Made by a program: the position numbers and the translations under genes. The notes below the pieces were generated by a model that was given only the letters and a program-made list of their open reading frames with translations, did not search any database and was not told the origin of the DNA. A stretch of 62,941 bases of DNA, the filler included, from Intoshia linei (Eukaryota > Animalia > Orthonectida), in the NCBI GenBank assembly GCA_001642005.1. It is 10 parts of 10 records of this genome, joined end to end, with 100 filler letters (N's around TTAATTAATTAA, not from the genome) between each part and the next. Parts side by side here need not be neighbours in the genome. Positions count along the whole stretch, not along the records: positions 37,863 to 49,419 come from LWCA01001164.1; positions 49,520 to 55,882 come from LWCA01001679.1; 8 more parts are not named here. One strand, 5' to 3'. Below are positions 40,117-52,382 of this stretch, piece by piece. How positions within the stretch are numbered: the first letter of the stretch is position 1; the number at the start of each line of letters is the position of its first letter.

Positions 40117-43100
40117 TTATTTTTTAAATTGTTTGAGTGGATATTTATCGCCATAAATCTTCAAGTGTTGGTTCAAATCTGCTTGTTGTCTTTTTAATTC
40201 TGGCGTCATTTCATCGTATACATCTTCAAATAGTTTGTTTATAGAAACTTTTTTCTTTTCTTCAGTTAATGATATCGTTTTCAATAATTCTGTTTTATAT
40301 TCTTTTTTTATTTTTAGTGATTTTTCTTTATTCATCATATTATTGCTAAATAGGTATCTTTCAAGTCTGTCAATAGGGTTGTAATTTTCCAACCAATTTT
40401 TTATTTCATTTTTATCACGATAGCTTTTGCTCTCGTCGGATGTACTATATAAATATATTAAAATTAAAAGGTTTATAAATTACACTTAAAAAACCATCTC
40501 TTTAAAAATATTTTTAAAAAAATACGTCATAAAACATTTATTTTTGACAAAATGTTTCGAAATAGTGATTATATGTTCGAAAATACTGTTTTAATGGATT
40601 ATTGATATTATTTTATATCAATATTCTAATATATAAAAAAAATAATATTTCCGCCTAGTTATTTTGGTAACTACGCATTATAAATATCTATAATTTTCAA
40701 ATAATTTATTTATTACACCCTTTACTTTCTGAAGAAAATTAGTTAGATCGTCGTCAAAAACTTTAAAAATGTTCTGTGTTATAGCAGTGGTTCACAAAGG
40801 GCGATTTTCAAAATTTTTTTTTAATCTTTTTCCATCAGTTTTTAATTATTAAAATGATTTAAATACAAAATTACTAGGAAACCTCCATTGTTCCATTTTG
40901 GGAACATTGATTTTTATTAGCTTATTGTACTTACCTTGGTATAGTATTTTTTGTTTATTTTACTATTAAAGTATAATAAATATGATGGAAAATATTATGT
41001 GACCGAGCCAGTGTTGTAGTTGAAAAACAAAAGCTTTAAATTTCAAATTGAAAATAGGACTGAAAATCTATAAATTTTCTTGATTCTCTGAAACACGAAC
41101 CAATGGATATAAAGTGATAATTTTTTTAGAGGTGATAGACGATACAATGGGTGTTCGATTAATTTGATTAGATGCATTGTAAAGACATACTAATGTACTT
41201 TAAATTTTACCTGAAAAACATGTTCCATTTTGGGAACATTGGCAGGATAAAGGAAATTATTTTGAAGATAATTTTGGTCCCAAGATTTTCTAGATATTTC
41301 GGGTGAATTTTACCAACATTGTAATAAATATAAAAAAAATAACAACAAACTTGTAATTTGTTGTAGGTTTAAACTAAAATTTAATACAAAGTGATTTTAA
41401 AATTTTTCAAAATTAGTATTTGAAAATAAAAATTGCGTAACAATAAAAATATCCGAATGAACAAATTCATTAGATTTCCATCAATATCTCTTTATTGGAA
41501 ATGTGTAGACATTCAATGCACATTTTTTTTGAAATTGTAGGATGCATATTTAATTTTTTCATTTTTACAAAAAAGGGTAATTTGGGGTTTTGGTCCGATG
41601 ATAAGATTTTGAAATTGAAACTTTTCTACGAAAAATTATTTTTATTTTTTTTCCATTACTTTATTTATATTGAAAAAGTACCTGTGATGACCTAATCGAT
41701 AGGTAAGGAGTTCAACGAAAACAGGTTCTTTATTTTCCACCACATATTGCCTGGCTAGCTTCATAGCTTCATAAACAGCAAATACTAAACATTTAAGTCA
41801 AAGTTTGGTGTTTCCAAGAATAAACTAACGTAAAAATCTAAATTTTTAGCTAAAACCCATTGTATAGATTTAATTTAATGTGATGCGCAGTATTATAAAT
41901 AATGTTAATGTAAATGGAATTGATTAATTTACTATTGTAAATTTCGAGTCTTGCGACAACTCCCTGAACATTTGCAACATGTTCCCTGATTTAAATATAT
42001 TATATTGATTTGTATTTGATTGCGTTTTCAAATTTACTGAATGGATTGCAAGCACCTAATGTTATTGAAACCCCTGATATTTACTATAGATCATTATACA
42101 ATTAAACAAAAAACTGAAATCAATTTTTGAACCTTAAATTATTAATTTTACAAATGAATCGAAATCGAATCACCCTTTTCATGATTACAAAAATAAATGC
42201 ATTTTATGTTGATAAAATGCATATGCAATGTATAGTATACATCACATTAGTTGGTTTTAATAAAATTGAAATTACCATCATTTCCATCAACACGAATAGC
42301 CGGCATTCCATAAGACAAACCTCTACCTGCTAAGCCTCCCACGCTTTTTTGGGAATATTGTTCCAGAGCACTTGTTGAAATTGCAAAACCATTATTTCGA
42401 CATACAAATATAATTGGTGAACCCAGAACAGATGCCATATTAAATGCTGCGTGAGCATCTCCCTGGGATGAAGCTCCATCCCCGAAAAAAACACAAACGC
42501 ATTTATCCAATGTTTTGTTACCTATAAAAATATTCAATTTACGTAATTTTAAACGTTAATGGATATAACCGTTTTCCAGTTTTATAGCATACGCAGCTCC
42601 AGCAGCTTGACAAATTTGAGTACCAATTGGAGAAGATATACTGGGTAAATTAAGTTTACTCATAGAAAAATGTATGGGCATTTGTTTCCCTTTGGTAATG
42701 TCATCTTGTGTGGCATAACATTGATCCATAATATTTTGAAAAGAATACCCTCTCCACAAAAATACCTATATTAAAGTACAAAAAAAACTAGAAAAATTCT
42801 TACACCCAATTCACGATATTGAGTAAAAACCACATCTTGGCTTTTTAGAGCAGCAGCAGTCGAAATTGTGCTTATTTCTTCTCCTGTACTCGTCATGTAA
42901 AAGGAAATGCGTCCTTGTCTTTGGGAATCATACATTATTTTATCCATTACGGATAGCTTTAATGCAGTCTTGTAAATTTTTATAATTGTGTCCTGTTTAG
43001 ACAATAAACGTGTTGGTTTATCCGATAAGAGTTGACCGCAGTGGGATGATAAACGTAAAACATCCACAGTTAAATTTTTATTTGGATCTGGTTCTGTTAA

Positions 43101-43283
43101 ATAGGCATCGTGTAACCATTTAGTAGAGTGGTGAATATGCGGTCCATACGTTTCTGTAGGTGTTAAATCGTTTATGTCATTTGGATTTGTTATATTTTCT
43201 AGATTTCTTGTAAGGTGATTTGAATTTAGTAACCCTGAAAAATTTTTATTGCATTTTCTCGTTATTATATTCAGTAATTTCAT
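40117..43283 (-). CDS. BCKDHA: Branched-chain 2-oxoacid dehydrogenase E1 alpha subunit, 5 exons
   Basis: SQRQGRISFYMT, QYRELG|VFLWRG, KGKQMPIHF, FFGDGASSQGDAHAAFN, CRNNGFAIST, RVDGND, TYRLGHHS|TSDES, LFEDVYDEM. Confidence 0.96.
40874..41640 (-). mobile_element. Helitron-like copy with 3' terminus in a BCKDHA intron
   Basis: Minus strand ends hairpin CAATGTTCC-CAAAAT-GGAACAATG, then GAGGTTTC-CTAG|T. Internal 41420-41560 matches 37920-38050 in the same orientation. Confidence 0.7.
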
Positions 43284-46134
43284 TTTAATGTAAACAAATC
43301 GTCTCAACGGATGATAACAATATAAATATATTTTTATTGATCAAGTGAAACTAATACTCATTTTGAGTTGTAACAATATAGAAAATTGTTGTATATAATT
43401 GTACTAAAATGTATTTTTATTTATAATAGTAAAGAATATGGTTAAAATCTAAATATACAATCCACAATACTGCATGTATTATACTGGAAAACTACTATTG
43501 AACATCACGTTATATTACAATATATAATTATACTTTTATTATCTAAATTTTCTATATACTTTAAAATATATTTATAACTTTATAAAATATACTAATTTTT
43601 ATCTCTCGATAAACAAAAAATAATGTACGATCTTTGATTTAAAATTGAATCTTTCATAATATCTACGATCCGCCAATTATCAACGAACCTGTAGATAAAT
43701 TTTTACTAAATCCGCACCATACTTGGTGTTTATTTGATAAAAAATGTCAAAATTCTTGAGCAATAAAATAAAAATAGGCTAGTAACAATTTCTAAGAAAA
43801 TGTAATATAGGTAGAAAATTTTTATAATGTAAATATTTGTGCTGATAAATATAGTTAATATTGGCAGTCTTCCATAAAAAATATAAATTAACTTATTCTT
43901 ATAAAGCTTTATAAATCTAAGAATGTTTACACGTCCTTATAGAAAAAATTTACTGTAACATATTTTAATATTAGATCATTTTAGAGATTAATTTACCGAG
44001 ACTCTCTTCGTTGTCTCATTTTTCTAAATCGAGTATTAGAAAATAATATTCTTGAATATCAACTATTTTGTGTGTTAAATGTAAAATGTCGAGTCAAGAG
44101 CATTTGAGAGGTGGCTAGAGGTATATGACACTGTATCGTTTGATGTTATTTTTCAGTTTGTAGTTGCAGTGAGCGGGGTGGTTCGGATCAGATGGAATGA
44201 CTCGCATAACCAGTTTTTAAATTTTTTAATTCGAAATCCCATTTGATAAAACAGTGCAGTGTAGTCAAAAATGGAATAGGTATTTCAAAGGCCTTCGTAA
44301 TTGGGTAAATCAGATTTTTTTAAAAAGGGCTTCATTTAAAAAAATAAAATATATTCTTAAATGTCATAACTATTTTAAATTTAAAATAAAAGAACCTTAA
44401 AAGGGTCGTTAGGACTATATGACACTATGGACATTTTTTGTGAAAAAAAAATTATGAGCCGTATTTTTATTTTAGCGTAGCCTCGAACTGGGTAGGTTCG
44501 GCTCTACCCGAGTACACATTTTCAACTAAATTACAACTGTTTAATGTTTTATTACTAGTGCGTTTATCATATTTTCTCGTGAGAAACTCATGGCCAACGT
44601 GAATTTTTTACGATGAGAAAGATGAGAATTATTCTCTTCTTGAAGTTAGCAATGCGTAGAAAACGCAACATCTCAAACACTGGTATTAGTTAGATTTTCA
44701 TATTCAATCTTAGATAGACTGTAATTACTAATTATAGATAAAATTTGAGTAATCTGGTATTTAATAATCTTGAATTCCATCATATGTTGCATAATAAAGA
44801 TTTTACCTGACTCTATTATCGGTAAATATTTTTTACTAATATAATTAGATATACTCATTACTCAATATAATGTAGGTCGCATTACATTTTTTGACATTTC
44901 TCAAAAACTATAATTTTATTAATCAAACAAAATATAGTACATACATTAATATATTATCTATGTATCGTGCTGCATGTAATAAGGCGTTTTAATTGTGTTT
45001 CAGGTGGATTTGAAAATCCTCTATTTTTGGCATTTTTTTAACTTTAATCTCAATTTAATAAAAATGATATTGATATCACGTTGACCAACTCGTTCAGACG
45101 AACAAGATGGTATATTTATCATCTTTTAAATTTTGTTCATATTTTTTAGAGCATAGGGACCATATGACATGGTACGCTTTTTACAAAATTTTTAAATCAA
45201 GAGTTTATTTTTTGTCTAATTACTGAAGAAATGTATATAGAAAAAATGTAACAGCAATGAAAATCTTAAAATTTTGAGAAAATTGGTCAACTTTTGAGTT
45301 TTTAGTGCAGGGGTTCCCAAACTCATTTTGTCTATCGCCCCTTTTTAGCAACATATTTTATCAATGCCCCTAAAAATTTTTAACCTACGTCGTATAATTA
45401 TTTTAAAATTTGTTCAATAAATGCTTATTTTTTTTTGATCCAACTTATAATGTATAATAAATAGGATAAGTTCAGGGTTAGATATGAATATACAACTTTC
45501 TGATGTTGAAATTTACGATAATGTTAATCATTTAAAAAAACGTCCAACAATGGGTGTTTTTAAAACCCCCAATAATTGTGTTTTCTTAATAGATATTTAC
45601 AGACAGACAGATATGTTTATCTATAACTTTATATAATTAAGTATTGTTTCTATATTACGTCTATTTAAATAAGCTTATTTCAAAAATGTACAAGTTTAAT
45701 GATTTGACAACTGATATATCATATTTTGGGAAACGAATCAATTAGATAATTTTTAAATTAAACGACATGAATTAAAACAAACATTACCGTTACTACAAAC
45801 CGTTTTGACATTCTATTAATTCATATGATTAAATATTATAATACGTTAATAACATTAACAAAAAGATTCAACAAATGAAACAAACGCTACGTATTCTTAT
45901 TGTCCATTGGACAAATACTGGACACTGAAAATTGTTCAAAGTTGAAATGGAAAACAAGAAATGTTATAAAGAATTAAATATAGCACAATAATCTTTAACT
46001 ACAATTGGCTATTTTATCATTTAAGATGTAGTTATAACTGAAGCTAATAAATTAATGTCTTAATGCTCAAAAATTTGACAATGCATACTAATTTCATTGA
46101 ACTGAAATTAGAATCAAGTAAACGTGTTTTTAAA

Positions 46135-47354
46135 ATGAATAATAATTACGAAGATATTAACTGCGATATTGAACTATTAGACAAGTATAAACTTACTAAC
46201 GTTATTGGAAAAGGTGGATGCGGGTTAATATACATTTATTTAAATTTACCATTTTCAAATCAATTAAAATGGAAATTTAGACAAGTCTACAAAACGATTT
46301 GTAAAGATGGACCAACAGTGGCTTGCAAAAAGATACTATTAATGAACGACGTGGTAATAAAATTAATTATTGCTACACAGTGTAATGTAGTACACAGTGT
46401 GTACTACACACCCATTAGCTAAATAATTAACATTAACACTTAAATTAGATTTCTGAAAATGTAATAGCGGAAATAAGCATGTTAAAGGTGGTAGATCATG
46501 TAAATATTGTTAAAATGAAAGAATATTTCATGGATGAAGGTAAATATACCATAACATAATTTATGACAATAATTTTAGTCGAAGGTTGTTGCTACATATT
46601 CATAATTATGGAGCTGAGTTTGTGCAATTTGGGAATATTCTTGAGAGAAAAAAAAGACACAATGATAGGCATTGACAGGATTATTATTCTGGAAGGAGTA
46701 ATCAGAGGTCTGAATTATCTCCATGAAATTCAAGTAAATATGGTCTATGTAAAAAAGACAATTAAATTATAATTTTAGATAATGCATAGAGATATGAAAC
46801 CATCAAACATTCTGATTGGACCCAAATCCAATATCAGAATTACTGATTTTGATCATGCAACGTAAGCAAATTAATATCAATATAATGTACATGTATTATA
46901 TTATTATTATAATTTTAGTGCATTTTGGAACATTGAATCAACCGACATTTTTGGGACCTTAGGATATAGAGCACCAGAAATAATGCTACAAGCGGAAAAT
47001 TATGATGAAGCTGTGGATATTTGGTCATTTGGATTAATTTGCTATAATGTGGCTACTGAAACAAGCCTATTTGCAAAACAAACTGATTCAGAGTGTCTAA
47101 ATTCTATCTGCTTAATTATGGGTCCCATAAATAATGAAACATGGCGAGGAGTTGAAAAATTGAAGGGATACCATAACATCAACGAACGCAAGTATGAAAT
47201 GGTAAATTTTAAAAGGTTTTTAGACGACAAGATGGATGATAAGGATTTAATGGAGCTAATATCGAAAACATTGTGTCTATTACCATCAAATAGAATTGGC
47301 ACCAAGGATATCCTCTCGATGGAATATTTTCAACAAGGCTGTTTTGATATATAA
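46135..47354 (+). CDS. Divergent CMGC/CDK-like Ser/Thr protein kinase, 6 exons
   Basis: IGKGGCG|QVYK, VACKK, ISENVIAEIS, IMHRDMKPSNIL, ITDFDHAT|AFW, GTLGYRAPEI, YDEAVDIWSFG, WRGVEKL, LPSNRI. Confidence 0.88.
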
Positions 47355-47749
47355 AGGTTAATTTTTTAATTTATTAAAGATTACAATTTAATCTTATTTT
47401 GTCTTACATTTTGTATTCTAATAATGATATGATTTACAGTATACTAGTTATTTTATCGTCAGCTTTAATACAAATGCATATAAATGATATGAAATTATTT
47501 GCATGGATAAATTTGTTATTTGATTATCAATTTTTGTTCATTTCGCTTCATCATAACATTGTTTTTTAACAATTTCTGTCTGTAACTGCTGCGTGAGAAG
47601 GCAAAATGAGCCGTCGAAATTTTAAATTGAGTATTATTCATATCAGTCATTATTTTTTTACGATATTTGTTGTCAATGTACTATGTTTAAAATGTACATT
47701 GTACACTGTAAAATCATTGTAAAACATATATGGGCAAAGTGTGAAAACT

Positions 47750-47920
47750 TTTTGAGACCCGAGAGTGAAATTATAAATTTCGAATAATTTAAATTTAATT
47801 TTTGAAACAAAATCAACGAATAGATCCAGATTGACAGATATTTACCTGAAAAACAATTTAAGAGAGGTAAGAAGTAGCATTAAACCAGATCTTATTCAAC
47901 TTTCCGAAAAAGAGAAAAAT
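47750..47920 (+). mobile_element. hAT (Buster/Charlie-like) transposase C-terminal remnant
   Basis: TKSTNRSRLTDIYLKNNLR resembles the hAT dimerisation-domain tail. Confidence 0.45.
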
Positions 47921-48699
47921 TAATATAAATAATAATAACTGATAAAGCAAAATAAACATAATTATGTATGTTTATTATAACAATAAACAAAAATGATTTA
48001 ATATTTTTTTATAAATTCTGACGAATATTAGAATTTACTGTTTTGACTATTAGCCTTAAAATATTCTTAAAGTTGTGAAAATAGATGCAGTCAAAATCTC
48101 ATAATCTAAATCTTTAACGAATATTTCATTTAACGAACGTCGAAGTTTTATTTTCTATATAAATGCCTAAATATCTGGTATTTAACGAATTTTTAATTAA
48201 CGAACGCGTAAATTTAATATTATTTTATTTTTTTAGTAATTTTTTAAAATATTTTTAGTTTTATGGCTTTAAATATTAGATCGTTTCTTTTAAGAAGTCA
48301 TGGAATCTAATCGTAAATCATAATCATAAATCGAAAATCTAACTTAAAAATGCTACTATTCACTATTATCAATTCTTTAAGGAGTAGTTACCAAACTCGT
48401 ATCAGTTGGAACCGTCATATCACATTACTTTTTAATTTAAAGTGAATTATTACATTTTAATTTTGTTTTGTTAACATTTAAATAGAGAATTTTAAAAATA
48501 ATTGTTATCCTATTTTTTTAATTTATTAGACAGAATGTGTTTATAATATTAAAAATAAAGTAAAAACAGTCAAATCCTAAAAATTGTCATAAATAGCATA
48601 AATTCCGAAAAAATAAAATTATAAACTATTTTGTTATTTTGAGTGTGATGATATATTCAGTACAAATTTAAATACTTAAAAATATGAGTAAAAAAATCC

Positions 48700-49419
48700 G
48701 ATATGGGATCCATTATTACAAATACCTCTATTCGAAAAATCAATTCAATGCTAAAAATGTCCAACAGCGAATCAAATAAAGGTTCAAACCAAGTAAAAGT
48801 TCACTATTTTATAATATAAACAAAATTTTAAAAATCGTTAAAGAAACTTTAATAAATGATGTATCTGCGTTTAACCAGAACTTGTGTTTACATTTTGACG
48901 GTAAAAGAATAAATAGATATGACGGCCATAAAACTGAGAAACTGCTGTTTGTATTTCTGGAGAAAATTATTCAATACTTATTGCTTTAGGGTCATTAAAT
49001 AATAGTAACGGTTTTACAATATACCAACAAATTCTAAATGTCTTATTCTAAAGGAGCTATTTAATATTAATGATAAAATATCAATAGTGATTTGCGACAG
49101 AAGAAGCTCCAACACTGGTATTCATCAGGGTGTAATAACTTATTTGAAACAGATTTTGCTACAGTTTACATACGAAGCTGTCGGTTTCATATATTAGACT
49201 TTATACTTAAACATGTTTTTTATACTGTTTTACAAGTTAATACAAATTCACCCAATATTTCATTTTCGTTTGTAACAAAACTTCAAGAAAATTTTGTTAT
49301 TATAAAATCTAAATATATCGGAGAAATTAATATAGAACACAATGGTAATTTACAGAGAAATTGGTGTAATGACTACAAAGAATTATCTGAACTAATAGAC
49401 GCTTATAAAACTCTAATAA
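48700..49419 (+). mobile_element. hATm-like transposase remnant (distinct family from 31.3 kb)
   Basis: LCLHFDGKRI, IVICD...SNTG and CRFHILDFIL across frameshifts. Truncated by the gap. Confidence 0.6.
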
Positions 49420-49519
49420 NNNNNNNNNNNNNNNNNNNNNNNNNNNNNNNNNNNNNNNNNNNNTTAATTAATTAANNNNNNNNNNNNNNNNNNNNNNNNN
49501 NNNNNNNNNNNNNNNNNNN

Positions 49520-49820
49520 AATATATACTCTGATACGGATTTTAAAATTATAAATATTATCATAAATTTAAATTTAAAAAAATATATCTTCAAAGTCAAA
49601 ATCCCAAATTACCTTTATTTTTAAATGAAAATAGCCTTAGAATTCAAAAAAATTTACAGGTTGTACAGTTGTATCCTGTTAACTCACACCAAAAATTTCA
49701 ATCTGAATAAGTGACGTCTTCACGGTCAAAAAAGCATTTTAGTTTTCATATATTTTTTTCGAAATATTTTAACAAAAAATATGAAATAATTAACGGTTCA
49801 AAAATTAAAAAAAAAATTCA
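49520..49820 (+). mobile_element. Helitron-like repeat fragment
   Basis: Reverse complement of the 290-580 region (CTTCACGGTCAAAAAAGCATTT). Confidence 0.65.
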
Positions 49821-50243
49821 CCTAAAATATGTTTATAAATTATTGATACAAAATTATTATTTTTTAATCATTGAAAGAAGATACTGAATATACAGGTTTA
49901 TTTACAATTTTATTTTTTATGAAATTTAAGCTATTTTGACAATTTTGGCTCTATTTATTATTATTTATTTATTTTTAAGATTATACGGTGTATAATATAC
50001 ACTCATTATCATTATCTCTAATAAATTGATTAAATGGGATCACAAAATTGTTTTTTTAAAATTCTATACAAAAATGCTAACTAAATAAAATTAAGTGGGA
50101 ATTATTCATTTTAAAATAAAATGTTATTTGAAATTCAAGTTTTGGAATGACTTATTTAAATGATTGTTAATACTGAGTAGCATTTTTAATTAAGATTTTA
50201 TTATTGAATTTATTTTTTGGTAGAATTAGATAAGTTCACCATC

Positions 50244-51333
50244 GGCAGAGCTAGGTGCTGTTTGTACGTAGTACATAACAGTCAACCTAGTAATCATATA
50301 ATATACTAAAAATTAGAAAACTCATTTAACCATGTTATAGAATGTAAACATTATTATTGACTATTAAAAATGAGTAAAATACATTGTAGAATTGATTCGA
50401 GATTTTACTATTTATGATAATTTTTAATTTCGTATAGCTGGTGATTATTAAAACGTTTAGTCTAAATCAAAATTTAATATGTTGTAATAGTTAATTGAAG
50501 AAAACAAACTTAATGCATACTCAAAATAGATGTTAATTTGGTCACAGTCAGATTTGAGTATATTACAGTCAGATGTAATTAATTCAGCATCAAAGTGACT
50601 ACTAGTATATTATTATAAACCAATTAAAATTTAACTATTATTTCATTATAGATATAATCTTGTTAATTGATTTCGTTCAGTGATTGTTCTGAGCAGGAAT
50701 TGGAATTATTTTATATAACTCAATTAATTGGTTTATACAAAATAATTGATTGCAATCAATTATTTCCAATCCCTGGTTCTGAGTACCAATATATTTTAAC
50801 ATTCACCATTGCATCGTGTCGGTTTTTTGTACTAACATACTAAATGTATAACTTAATCTTACTTTCTATGCAAATTTCACAACTGGCTAATTTTCTACCC
50901 ACGCGAGTAGCTGCGTTATAAATTTAAAATAACACAAGTGATTACGTGCTAAAATAGATTAAGTTAAATTAAAAATGTTATCATTAATTGTCGCTCACTT
51001 TTGGACAGTGCTTTCTAACCGGTGGGTCGAGACAAGATAAATATTTTTATGTTTTATTTTTATTAATATTACACAAACATTTTTATCTAATTTTATTAAT
51101 TGCACCAAGTTTGAATATAAATTCATTTTTATTTGCTCTTATTAATTAGATCTGACTTTCAATAATCACATCTGACTGTGAAACATCTATTATGATTTTT
51201 AGTGTAATTATTTGACTCATATCAAAGCGACCACCTTAATTTAATTATTTTTAGAATTGGAAAGTAATAGATTACTTATATATTTACTAGCTTAACTGTT
51301 ATGTACTACGTACAAACAGCACCTAGCTCTGCC
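50244..51333. mobile_element. Non-coding foldback element with about 50-bp terminal inverted repeats
   Basis: GGCAGAGCTAGGTGCTGTTTGTACGTAGTACATAACAGTCAACCTAGTAA and its near-perfect reverse complement ending at 51333. Internal inverted ACAGTCAGAT blocks. Confidence 0.85.
50694..50775. mobile_element. 82-bp hAT mini-MITE
   Basis: TIR CAGGAATTGGAA / TTCCAATCCCTG; perfect 8-bp TSD GTTCTGAG. Confidence 0.88.
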
Positions 51334-51392
51334 AAGGGCACATTTATAGTAGTACACATTCAATGTAGCTTTTTATATAAGTTAGAATATAC

Positions 51393-51564
51393 TAGGGGTG
51401 TGAATTTTAGTAGCTTTTTTGGAAATTTTATGGTGCAGGAACGGATAAAGTTACGTATGACAGTTTTAAGCTACATTGAAGAAAAAATGATTTTGTCATT
51501 TTTGATTAATTATTTAACTTTTTCCGATCATGCACTTAATTTTTAAAATTTTGTCACACCCCTA
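51393..51564. mobile_element. Small MITE with TAGGGGTGTGA termini
   Basis: 11-bp perfect TIR TAGGGGTGTGA / TCACACCCCTA; TSD not clean. Confidence 0.65.
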
Positions 51565-52060
51565 ATATATATTAACTTACATATACAATACATATTATAA
51601 TATATACTAATAATATATGTATATCTAGGACTTGAAAGTAATTTAATATATTCATTAACGTACATTGTAATTATATCAATTGATATATAGGAAGTAATGA
51701 TATAATTCACAAATAATATTGATAACAGCATTTTTCAACCATCATCAATATGGTGAATTGTACAAGAAACGTATTACATTACATTACATTGTAATGTTTT
51801 CATGTTTATGAAAATTGTTTTTACAACATTCATTTTAAGTTTATAATACATTTTATGTATAGTGTTTGAGGTTAATTATGGGGAGTTCAAACATCATTAA
51901 GAACCAAAAGAAATGAGCTAGAGATTAATTTAAAAACTTTAATACATTTGTACACTCAGCATAATAAACACACAAGAGAATTACCAACAACCAGGAAACA
52001 ATATACCTAATTTCTAGTTTACTGACAATACATAATATGTATAATATACATTATCAACAT

Positions 52061-52382
52061 CAGGGGTTGGCAACCAGTGGTCCGTAGATCAAAAACATGG
52101 CCGACAGTATAATTTTGGTGGTCCTTTGACTAAATATATACATTATTTATTTTTCAACTTTTAAACACCGTTTTAACCATTTTCTACTACAATTGGCTCA
52201 TTATAATCATTTTAATACTGAATTTTCAAAAGCTCTGGATTTAATTTTGTTTAATATACTATAACTGTTTTTCTTTAATTAAAATTGAAATGTATCATGA
52301 GTACCATTTTCAAAAAAAGGGACCGTAGATTTTTTTAATATAAAAAAGTGGCCCACGAGATGCAAAAGTTTGCTGACCCTTG
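52061..52382. mobile_element. hAT (Charlie/MER5-like) MITE
   Basis: CAGGGGTTGGCAA / TTGCTGACCCTTG ends, subterminal GTGGTCC / GTGGCCC, flanks ATCAACAT / ATATACAT. Confidence 0.75.

Noticed and set aside
44322-44333. U11 snRNA 5' motif AAAAAGGGCTTC
   Set aside because: Followed by unstructured AT-rich sequence with no U11 stems or Sm site.
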